Shown piece by piece: positions 13,101-25,100 of a DNA stretch of 59,803 bases (the stretch's first letter is position 1; the number at the start of each line of letters is the position of its first letter). The notes beneath the pieces are model-generated. The model was not told the DNA's origin, ran no database searches, and saw only the letters and a program-made list of their open reading frames with translations. This stretch comes from Nemertoderma westbladi (lineage: Eukaryota > Animalia > Xenacoelomorpha). The stretch spans positions 1 through 59,803 of the forward strand of contig JAUCBJ010004928.1 of assembly GCA_032718475.1 (NCBI GenBank), given 5' to 3'. The position numbers were made by a program, and so were the translations under genes.

Positions 13101-16100
13101 TCTTTCCAACTTACCTCCTCTAACATTGTTCGCATACTCTTTCCAACTTACCTCCTCTAATATTGTTCGCATACTCTTTCCAACTTACCTTCTCTAATAT
13201 TGTTCGCATACTCTTTCCAACTTACCTTCTCTAACATTGTTCGCATACTCTTTCCAACTTACCTTCTCTAACATTGTTCGCATACTCTTTCCAACTTACC
13301 TTCTCTAACATTGTTCGCATACTCTTTCCAACTTACCTTCTCTAACATTGTTCGCATACTCTTTCCAACTTACCTTCTCTAACATTGTTCGCATACTCTT
13401 TCCAACTTACCTCCTCTAACATTGTTCGCATACTCTTTCCAACTTACCTTCTCTAACATTGTTCGCATACTCTTTCCAACTTACCTCCTCTAACATTGTT
13501 CGCATACTCTTTCCAACTTACCTCCTCTAACATCGTTCGCATACTCTTTCCAACTTACCTCCTCTAACATTGTTCGCATAATCTTTCCAACTTACCTCCT
13601 CTAACATTGTTCGCATACTCTTTCCAACTTACCTCCTCTAACATTGTTCGCATACTCTTTCCAACTTACCTCCTCTAATATTGTTCGCATACTCTTTCCA
13701 ACTTACCTCCTCTAACATTGTTCACATACTCTTTCCAACTTATCTCCTCTAACATTGTTCGCATACTCTTTTCAACTTACCTCCTCTAACATTGTTCGCA
13801 TACTCTTTCCAACTTACCTCCTCTAACATTGTTCGCATACTCTTTATCTCAACTGATATTGTCTTAACTTGCACATTGGCTTCCTTGATAAACTCATTAA
13901 CTTCCTGACTACCGGTATGGCCGACTCCTACAGCTGTAGTGTAGTCAGCACCAGACATCTCCAGGGCGTCAATGCATTCGGAGAATGTGCTGAAGAGGTT
14001 ATTATTGTGAACAAAGTCGATATAGTTAGCTAAGAGAATCTCAACAGCGTCGGCTCGGCCATATTTAGTTGTCCAAGTTTCCAATTTACCTGTGGATAAT
14101 AATAACTTTATATTTGATTTATACTGTATATATATTGCGCTGTTTTACACTCTGACGCGAACAATACATTCATATATTATTTTCTGATTGGATTGTGTGT
14201 TTCTGACCAGCTCGGAGTCGATGCTGGTTGTGTAGACTTCTTCAAGGCGTACGAGTCTGTGTCAAGAACACGTATATCCGAAATACTTCCAGTCTACGGG
14301 ATTCCTGATGAAATGATCCACAACATTCATTTTCACTTCAGAGGGCACATAGTGGCAATAATTTACCGCAGGTGGAAAACGTGATCTCCAGCCCAAATTT
14401 CAAAATACTTTCGTTTATTGTTTTGGTTAGAAAACACCGCCACTGTAACCTGTTACTTTCCCTTAATGTTTTAAATTAAAATCAATTAATTATTTTATCC
14501 CACTAAACACACAGTTCGTGTTTGCGGTGAATTTACGCCATTGAATCACAGAGGGAGATAATTCATTTGAAGTTCTGTGGGAGACCTTCAGAAGGAGACA
14601 CAGACACCTTAATGTTATTAGGAATGTCCTTCTTGGAGACTCACTAGCCTCAGTTGGACATTCTTAACATCCCTAATTCGGATGGTGTGGAGATATACAG
14701 TGTGATGAGCCACTGCTTCTGCTGCAGTTCTCATATTATTCATATATTTCCACAATTTATTACTATTACATGCTAAAATATTAAATTTATTTGATAAATT
14801 TTCGCTGCTTTATTTAAATGTGATAATTAAAGCATTGGCATTATTTCAATTCCACTGGTCCTTAATTTTTTGTTTCCTGGACGGAGAAAAAAAAGGAAAT
14901 ACAGTATAACTAGGCAGTCTCCGCAGGGACTCCCTCCTCGAGAATTACCCAAGTATCTAAAACTATAATAGGGCAGCTTATGGAGACTACAGTTTCCTCA
15001 TCCATAGAGAGAAACTGCTTCTTTCCGAAGAAGGCCCCCAACAGGGAGATCCCGAAGGAACTGCCATTTTTGGGGACACCACAAACAAGCTAAACCACTC
15101 CATGGAATCAGAATTCAATATCTGGTACCTAGACGATGTTATAAGTCCAGCAGCGTGATATCTAACAGTCTGGTCTGTCTGTAAGTTTATGATACAGCCC
15201 ACATGACTGCTGTCTGCAGACCGAAGTCTGAATGTAAAAAGGGGTATTTGCTCAGCAGTAGTAATCCTGCAGAATGTATTATCTATATAACAATATGTAT
15301 ATGAGTCTGAATGTAACAGTAGATATATCAATCCCTAACTGTGGGGCGAGCCACGAAAGTAAAAACATGTTGAGACACGATAAGTAATTAATGTACAGTA
15401 CATATCAGACGATGGTAATGTGGCGGGCAGTTACGAGGTGGTCCTCCATGACCTTCGGACAATCATCGTGGAGGGGAAGAGGTGTGGGTTCACGCTAAGC
15501 TAGTGCAAGCTGTTTTTCCTTGGGGATCCATCCACAGATGAGCGCGCCCACATCCATGGCGAATTCAATGCCATATGTGAGGGAATTTTGGTCCCGGACC
15601 TCACAAACCTCACCATTCTGGGTGTCCCGATAGGTAATTCAGCCTTGGAATGCTGTATGGAGTCCAAGGTGGCCAACCTGCAAACCCTGAGCGGCCGCCT
15701 GTCTCTTTTAGACAGTCACCATGCTTTCTTCCACCTAAAGAACTCCTTCGCCATCCCCCGCCTCATTTACTTTCTCCGCTCTGCCCCGTGCTTCGACGTC
15801 CCACTATTCTTGGAGCAATACGACCAGGTCCAGTGATCTGCTCTCCAGGAACTCACCAACACCGATATTACCAACTCAGCCTGGATCCAGGCCTGTCTCC
15901 CGGCCCAAGTGGGAGGTCTTGGATTGAGCTCTGCTAAGCAGCTCGCACCATCTGCCTATCTGGCTTCAGCGGCTGCTTGCAGGCCTCTATCCACCCTCCT
16001 CTACAACCCAGAGATTTCTCCCACCCCCCTTACAGACACCACCCCCACCACTCCAGGAGACCTCCCTCACTGTAGTGATCCGATGTCGCTCGAGGCCCTA

Positions 16101-19100
16101 GTCTCTGGGACTCCTCCATCGCCCCAGATACCACCCCACCAACCAATGGGAAGCAGGGTTCCTGGACAATGCCAATCCACCAGAGGAACTTCGCTTCTCT
16201 CCGGGAATCCGCATCCCAAACTGACCTCACCCGGTTGAACGCCCTGGAGGATCTGATCCCTAGCTGCTGGATTGATGCCATCCCAATATCATCCTTGGGT
16301 CTTAAACTCACTGACGCCCAGCTCCGCATTTCTATGGCTACCCGCCTGGGATGCAAGGTGATGGAGCCACACAGCTGCATCTGCTGTGGTAAACTGGTGA
16401 ACTCTCCTGCCAGAAGAGCGCTGGTCACCAAGCCCACCACAGTATTCTGAACGACATTGTGCGGTGATCGATCATTAACCAGCTGTGGAGTTCTACCTGT
16501 GTTGGAGCCGCCGGGTCTTTGCTGGAATTACGGGAAGCAGGTGGATGGAGTAACCTTGGTTCCATGGAGCCCAGGCTGGACCCTGGCCTGGGACACCACC
16601 GTTATCGACCCACTCGCTCCCAGCCACCTCCACACGAGCCAAACCAAAGGCGGCTGCGTAGCCGAGCAGCAGGAGGCCCATAAACTCGGCAAATACCGGG
16701 AGCTCAGCGACCGGGGCTACCAGTTAACCATGGTCGCCTTCGAGACGTTTGGCCACCCCAGTCCAAAAACGGCTGAGTTTCTACAGGAACTGGGAAAGAG
16801 GATCGCCCTCCAGACGCAGGAACCCCGATCCCACCGTTTTCTACTGCAGCGGATCCTCATCGTGATCCTAATTGGGAACACTGCATCCATACTGGGATCC
16901 ATCGACTCAGCATCCGAAGGACTATACGACATCCTGGGGGATCTGTAACTGGTGTCATCTTCTCCAATAGAATTTAAGAACAATATGAAAAGTGCATATA
17001 AAAGCGATATGTTCCGAAGCTGGGATGCTGGCAATGCGGGAGAGACGAATGAGGGTTTCCCATAAAGACTTTCGGATAGCAAGGGATAACGTTATTTACA
17101 AAAAGACAGAAAACATGCCCTGGACAATGTTCATGTAACTATTTATGAATTTACTATCTATGAATACTATGTATTCATTATACAGTATAATATAATATTA
17201 TCTATAATGATCATTAATAATAACATTATAAATTAAATAAATAAATAAAAGTGATTTACTAGGCATTTAGAATCCCAAGATTTGATAGTTAAGCGAAACA
17301 TAAAGCGCATGTTAAGAAATAAAGCAAGAATTCTTTGGAATTCTGATGGTATTCAAAAAATTCTGAGGAGCGAACTATTTTAAGATGGTGTTGCGGAGAC
17401 ACACACAAGAACACGTGTTATGAAAAAATCTGCAACCATGGTATGGTGTTATAATGGAACTAGAAAGCCTGTGGCCCAAAGTTTTTTCAGTCCATGTACA
17501 TATACGTGAATATGTTGAGGGCGGCAGAGACAATGAGTTTTCTGTCGGCGTCATCCTCCGGTGTGAGAAGGATATCGTTGGCGGTTGGAGCATTGCATGG
17601 GGCACGTGAGAAGGCATCGGCTGTCACGTGTTTGCTGCCGCATTGGTGTCGTGCCGTAAAGTTAAAGCGTGACAGCAGCATTTTTAATTTCAACAGCCGG
17701 TCAGTGGTGACCTGGTCCATCCGGTAGTCATTCAAGATCGGTATGAGCGGGCTGCTATCGGTGACGAGCATGAAGTGCTGGAGTCCATCGAGAAAATAGC
17801 GGCACTTATGCGCCACCCATTCAGCACAAAGGGCCTTAGAGTTCCACCATCCCCAACCAGTTGGCCTCATGCTTGTTTGGCCAGGGTATGTGAGCAACAT
17901 TGGACAGTGCACCACTGGTTATTGTCGGAGTCCCACTGGGGGAGTAGAAAGCCCAGGCCATTTATGCGGGAGGCGTCTGTCAGCAGTTCGGTGCGGTGGT
18001 CTGGATGGAAGCCGGACAGATAGTGCGGACTTGATAGAGTAGCATGGGTTGCCTCGAACGCCTCTTGGTGTTGGGGGAGCCAAATCCATGGGTTCAGATT
18101 CGAGTTTAAACAGCGGAGCGGTTCGACGAGTCGCGTTATCTCCACAGTTGAGTTCCCGAGTTGTTGGGCGAGTCCGAGGAAAGAGCGGAATTGCCGGTGG
18201 TTTGTGGATATGGGGAAATGGCGGAGGTCATCCGATAGGGCCTGGTTAATCCGATAGTGGCCATGGGAGACCAAATAGCCTCCATAGCGGACCCCAGCCT
18301 GGCAGAATTGCACCTTGGTCGTATTGATGGAGAGGGCCGTGACGTCGCAGGCAGCGAGGATCCGGGCAACAGCCTCTGGGTGCTCATCTGCTGTGTTGGT
18401 GTAGATGAAGATGTCTTCGACAATCCTCCCGATGATGGGAATTCTGCGGAGGGCTTTGTCCATCCGGGCATTGAACACATCGGAACTACCATGCCTCCCC
18501 ATTGGCATACGGCAGTAGCGGATTCGTCCTCGTGGAGTGACGAATGTGGTAAGGTGGCAGCTGGCAGGGTCCAGGCCGACCTGATGGAAGCCCTTCAGAC
18601 CGTCGAGAACCGTGAAGAACCAAGCGGAGGTTGGAATCCAGGAGACCACCTGGAAGGGTGCGGGGGTGTAGTAGGTGGGACGTACAGTGGCCTTGTTGAG
18701 TTTGCGGAGGTCAACTGTAATCCGCACTTGGTGGGGTCTTTCTTCCTAGTCACTACCATCGGACTGAGCCACTCACCAGGGTTCCTTTCGTCATTGGCGG
18801 GTTCAAGGATGCCCATGGTGACCTGGTCATCCAGCTCGCGGTTTAAAGCATCCTAGAGGTTAATGGGAATGGCCAGATTGGTGTAGGAGTTTATAGGGTG
18901 GGCATCCAGTTGGAGTTTAATTGTAATGTTCCCTCCTGCCATAATGCGGCAATTCCCTGAGAGTGGTTGGGGAAAGCGCTGTTGGAGGGTCCCCCAAACA
19001 GCAGACCTGGCAGCTGCATCATTGGAAGGTGGCATGGTGGTGGGCAGGTGGGTGGGTGTTATGTCCATCATTTTCATGGGAGCCACCAACTGAAACGTGG

Positions 19101-22100
19101 TTGTCTGGTAGGACCATGGGGTGGCGCTGGGTGGAGGAGGGGGCCCTTGAAGTAGTGGCCCCCACCAAGGACTGGGCTCTGCAGGATGCCCAAAAGGAAG
19201 CAGGCCTTCTGTGAGAGCAGTGGTTGTTGGAGTCCCTCGATAACCAATATGTCCATTGTGAAGGCTGTGTGGAGGGCGTGGCACTGTAGGGTTGCCCCAA
19301 AGATACCCTTAAAAGGCCAACCCGAGTGGAATCCATTAGCGAGGCGTGGTGCCTTTGGGGGTGGAGTCAAAGTGCGCAGGTTGGTGAATGTCCCGCCAAA
19401 GGAGAGGAATATAGCAAATGGGAGCGCCGTGATATTCGCCCTGGTCGTCCCAGGGTCCTCTTGGTTTAGAAGGACACATACGGTCGTAATGCCCGGTTGT
19501 ACCACAGTGGCGGTCACCTGTAGACTGGGGCACTTTTTCCCAGCAGTGTGCTGTGGGTATCTGCATTGTTGGCAGATGTTGGGTGGTGGTTGGTGTCGGC
19601 GGTTCTGGGGTTGGCGACCTGGGGTTGGTGTCGAATGGGTCGCCATGCTGCGGGATGCCTTGGCAGTAGTCATGAAGACGTTGAAGGAGGCGGCATCCTT
19701 TCGTGCCACCCAGACCGACTGGGTGCGTTCGAGGGCATCATTGAGGGTGGCTCCGTTCTCGAGACGGAGGAGTTGTTTGTTCACCTCATGGTTCTTGAAT
19801 CCGGCCACATACTGATCCAGTAGGTGGTCGTTTAGGTGCGCTTCCGCTGTCTGCAGCACTCCAAAGCGACATTTCGAGGCGATGTCACGGAGGTGTACGA
19901 AGAACATCTCCAGCATCTCTTCGGGGAGGCATTGGTGGTGGGAGAGTTACCCCATATATAAATGTATATGACACAAAATTCAATTCAATTTTTACAACTT
20001 CCAATAAACGCCAATCAATTAATATTCCGATAAATTCCTACAACAGTTTGTCAATCTATTAAATCTACTCAATGATGACTATAATAATTTCTGCTACCCA
20101 GGATTTGACCTCAGAATGACCTCCTATTCATTAAGTTCAATGTTTGAAAAGCTCTAAAAGAGTGTCTTGGCGCTTGTAGAAGACTAGCCCTTAGTTGTTT
20201 TTCCATTAGAAAGCAAAAACGTATTGTAAAAACAAAACTTATTTTTTCAGCCCTACTAACTACTGTAGAAGTACCTTTTGCGTAAGAAGAGCTAAAGGTA
20301 CTCCGAAACTGTCATTGGCTACAAATATTTAAATCTAGACCATTAGACTAAGGAAATCTGACAGAGCTAGCTACCAGGCTTTAAAACCTCATTGGGAACA
20401 GGCCCCAACAATGTGATATTGGTTGTTCTCATCAGGATGTTCTAAATACAGAAGTATGAGGAACTGATGGACAGAGGCTACATGTTCTGTCCAGTTGCCT
20501 TTGAAACTTTGGGCCGGGCAGGACCTAAAACAAGAGTTCCTGGCAGAGATAGGGGCGAGGCTGAGAGATTCAACCAAAGAGCTTCGCTCCCACATTTTCC
20601 GCCTGCAGAGGTTGCTGCTGCTGGTCGCATCCAGATGGGTATTGCGGCTTCCCATCCTCGGTACCATCGGTGAGGAGAGGGGCAGACTAATGGACCTTCT
20701 GGAATGATTACAATCCTTCCTATATTTGTGATTGCGGTTAATAAATATTCGAATTGTTATTGAATATTATTATGCAAGAACAATAATAATTAGAACTTCA
20801 GTGTAACTTTAATTGATTATGTTTATTTCATTTACTGTTATTATTAATATTAATTAATATACTACTCGAATTTACTAAAAAAAATATGATTGAAATCCTA
20901 TTTTGTAGGGCTTATTCCATACTTGTCCGAGTTCGCTCGACATACAGTAGTATTCCATAGTGATGGTATATTCCTCCTAACTTCAACGATTTTTCTTGAT
21001 TCTCAAGTGAGATTAGAAGTTAGACGGTGATTTCAGATCGGCTTACCTTCGGACAGAAATAACAAGGCCAATAAACGGAACTTGGCCTCATCGTAGTCCA
21101 GCCGATGTAGACGTAAAGTTGATGCCTTGGCAACAATGGTCAGTCGATCTTCCATGTCAGATAGGAGGCGAGTAGGAGCCGTACAGGTGGGTTTCAACGC
21201 GTAGAAATCATTAACAACAAGAGCTGTGTTAGCGAAAAATGACTGAAAAACAACATTAAGTAATAAGTATAAACCATGTAATGGTCAACCATGACTATTT
21301 TGTACAAAAGAGCACTCAGTGGGTTCAGTGAATACAGTGGGTTCTCTTCATGAACAAAGGTGATTAAGAAAATGGTAGTAAGAAAAAAGGTCTGATGTGT
21401 TCTTAGAAAGTGTGATGCACACTATAGTAGAAGTAATGTACCCCAAAGTGGTTTTTATATGAAATCAATTTTGTCTCAAGAACTCAATTACCTTATGTTG
21501 GCTTATTGCGGTTTCAATCCACTTTATAGATTCCTCGTACTTGATGTCCGACGGAAGTTTCTCACGAAGTATGGCCTCTGCTTCACTCAACCACGCCCCT
21601 ATCTCTCCCATCTGACCTTCCAACGAACTATCAATGCGTGCCAACCATCTTCGGGAAGAGTAAAATAAATATAATTTAGACCCATATTGTTACCATATGT
21701 ATATTTAATCATCTAATTTCATTTACTTCTACCTCAACTAGTAGTTATTATGTTATTGTTAGTAGTCATTGAGTCAAGTACAATGCACACATCTCCAACC
21801 AGACACTATATAACATTGGAGGTGTCTCATTGGTTCCCTCAAGCTTAACACTAGAACAAAATCGCCTCCGCTTTGCAGGACATTGCTTTCGCCGTGAGGA
21901 CCAGCCCGTGCATAATCTTGTGCTATGGCAGCCTCATGGAGTGAATAAGCATGGTGGACAGCCCATGACTTTCTTGAGACGCATCTTAAAGGACACTGGC
22001 CTTGGAGATGCGGATGATCTAGCAAATGTCATGGGTGATAGGGAGTTGTGGCGGCGCAATTTTGTTCACAAGCCGGCACAACATTCTTAAAAATGCAGCT

Positions 22101-25100
22101 GCAATGCAGCATGCAGATCCTAGTAGTAGTAGTAGTTATTACATGGTAGATCTAATGATATATTTATATATAAATATATGATATAAACTGTCACTTAAAG
22201 TCTTGATGGCGAATATGTATGACACATACAGTGACAATGTAATAGATAAAAAAAATAAATAAACGAAAACGGCAGCGACAAGGAAATGAAAAACACCGGC
22301 AAGATGATTACCGGCCATGTGAGAAGCGGATTGATCTGTGTAATTGTGAACCAGAAAGTCAGCATCAAACCCAAATAGTCCACAACTTTAAATTTCAATT
22401 TTAAGTTCTCAAATAATCTTAAAAGCGACATGAAACTTTAGTGTTATTCTTTATCTCGGTTTTAAATTCATTGTTTTCGATTGAATTCTTGCATACAATA
22501 TCAATGTTTTATCACTTATTTAATGACAACATTAAAAAAACACGGATTGCGTAGACAAGTTTGTTCAAGTTTTTAAATTAATTTTCTTTACCAAAAGCGT
22601 TTTAACCCTATAATAGGGACCAAAAAGTTCAAATGTTGGAGATAGATCTGGCAAAGAGGTTAATTAGATAGATACGATAATAGATTAGCCGTCAGGTCTT
22701 ATCTATTTCATATACAAGTACAATATAACCACTGACCTTCGCATTTCCTCTGTGACGTGGTCCCACAGCTGGGTGGCGGCTGCGACACGTTGCTCTGACA
22801 ACCAGACAGTTCGGTTGTGTTCAACATCTTGCTGCAATGATGTGTAGACAGCTTTGCGTTTCTTCCGTTCAACTCGCAATTCTTGGTACCGCTATTCAGA
22901 AAATGAGAACGTATATTGTTCTAGAACGTATATTGTTCTAGAACGTATATTGTACACACATTAAATTATTTTTTATATATATTATTATTGTCTTCAATAT
23001 TCGAAACTGCAATGTTTTGAATTATTCAAATGTTTGTTTAAAATTTTCTTACATAAATAAAATATTTTTAACATAAATGATGCTGAAATAGATATTATTA
23101 TTATTAATAAAACGTGCAAAATACACAAAAAAGTGAAAGATGAATTATATTTATTGATTTCAGCAGTTTTTCCATAATTAATAGTATTTTTTTCATTCGA
23201 CTCACAGACCTCATATTCAACCTCTAGAGAACCGAAGGCGAGACCATCTTTAACAAGTTCTAAGAACGTCGCAGTCTGTCCCAACCAGTCTAGTAGACCT
23301 TCATATAGTGACTCCTCACGTTGGGCTATGCTATCAACTGTGTCACTAACATAATGCTTCAACTACAAACAATATTATAAACACTTAATTGTTTTAAATT
23401 ACATACAAATTTTACAAAATGTTCGATATAATCTTTGATCGTTTAATTACTAAGGTAATAAATGTCATGTTAATATCACAAACTTCGACTTTGTCTAATT
23501 CTTTGGATTGGACTGCTCCTATTGACTGCCTATTCTGATTAATGCCTAGGGTATTATATTAAACCTTAACAATAATGTAAAAGTGGATCCTCCAGGAAGC
23601 TTTGCTCATTATTTTGTAGAACCAACAAACTAACATATCAGATTAAAATGGTTGTTATTGTTACTTCTCACTTGAAGTTCTAAGTAATGACAGGTTTTAG
23701 ACACATTACCATGTAATAATTTATACTAAATCAAATATGATTATGGATATTAATTTGAGTTACCCCATTACATGTAAAGGGCAATAAACTGATGGCTGGT
23801 AACCATGATGATGGCTAGTATTAACCATCACCATCCCTTTATAAATCGAGATAGTATATGGAGAATTTATTTAAAAATTGGATAAAAGCTAAATGGAAGT
23901 TTATTTATCACTCTATAAACTGCATTTTATGTAAGCTCCAGATATTGGTGTTATAAATCAAATCTTGTTCTGGAAATTTACTTATATTGTTAGTTTTTGA
24001 ATCCACAAATTTAGAGCAATATTTCAGATATCAACTCCTACACGAAACCCACCCTGGGTCCCCTCCACCGTCTACCCCCTTTACCACCTACCCTTACATA
24101 CCAACCTCCTACCCACCCAGTGTCCCACCTTCCCACGCCAGTGCTTTCGCCGTGAGGCCCAGCCAGTGCCTAATCTTGTACTTTGGCAGCCTCATGGAGT
24201 GAATCAGCATGGTGGACAGCCCATGCCTTTCTTGAGACGCAGTCTTCAAGGACACTGCCCTTACCGATGCGGCTGATCTCGCACCTGTCATGGGTGATAG
24301 GGAGTTGTGGCGGTGCAATTTTGTTGACAAGCCGGCACAGCATCCTTACCCACCCAGCTGCAATGCCGCACGCCGACCCTCGTCGTCGTAGTGTCCCACC
24401 CATCTCCTACCTACCCAGTGTCCCACCCACCTCCTACCTTCCCAGTGTCCCACCCACCCAATGTCCCACCCACCCAATGTTCCACCCACAACCTACCTAC
24501 CCAGTATCCTACCCAACCCACGTCATCCCTCACCCAACCCACCTCCCACCCACACAGTTTCCCCACCCACCTTCGATGGTTCACCAGCTTCCGGGAACTT
24601 CTTGATGAACTCAGCGATGTAGGTCATTATTGACTTCTCGTCGGGTTTACCAACGTCCACATCCTTTGGGTCCAACAATCTCGGTATGTCCAGATGTCTC
24701 TCTGCCAATGTGAACGCGTTATCCAGGTTATTGTGCACCGAGTTGTGCCGAAGTTGTGCCATATCAACCAAGTCTGGCCGAATTGCGTGTACAAGACCGT
24801 TGAATGCCACACCATCCCGCCAACTATCCCCAAAGTTGTCTATTTTTTCTCCAACTTTCCTATAAATGATAAAATAAAAAAATAACATTACAATTATTTA
24901 TATTCTAATATATTGTGTTTATGCATGTGTATGAGTTATCTAGAATTACATCTCCTAGACTTGAAAGAAGATACATTTTATGTTGTAACCCACTTCTTTT
25001 TCCAATTATTTGTTATATTCCCAGTTTCAGTTCAGTTCAGTTTAGTTTCAGTTTATTTATTTATTTCACGAATATAAAGTACATACAATATACATACCAA

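Noticed and set aside
4058-13817. Array as a coding repeat or as a series of micro-exons or recursive splice sites
   Set aside because: The unit length is not a multiple of 3 and contains TAG/TAA. The sense strand is purine-rich with no polypyrimidine tract, so the AG in AG|GT is a poor acceptor. Exon 13818 joins 3493 in frame without it.
4058-13845. CRISPR array (37-bp repeat containing GTTGGAAAG)
   Set aside because: Units are head-to-tail with no unique spacers, there are no cas genes, the context is a spliced eukaryotic gene, and the unit derives from the adjacent exon.
17375-19823. Numerous overlapping plus-strand and alternate-frame ORFs (e.g. 18257..18856, 19186..19815)
   Set aside because: Shadow ORFs of the GC-rich Gypsy relic with no independent motifs.
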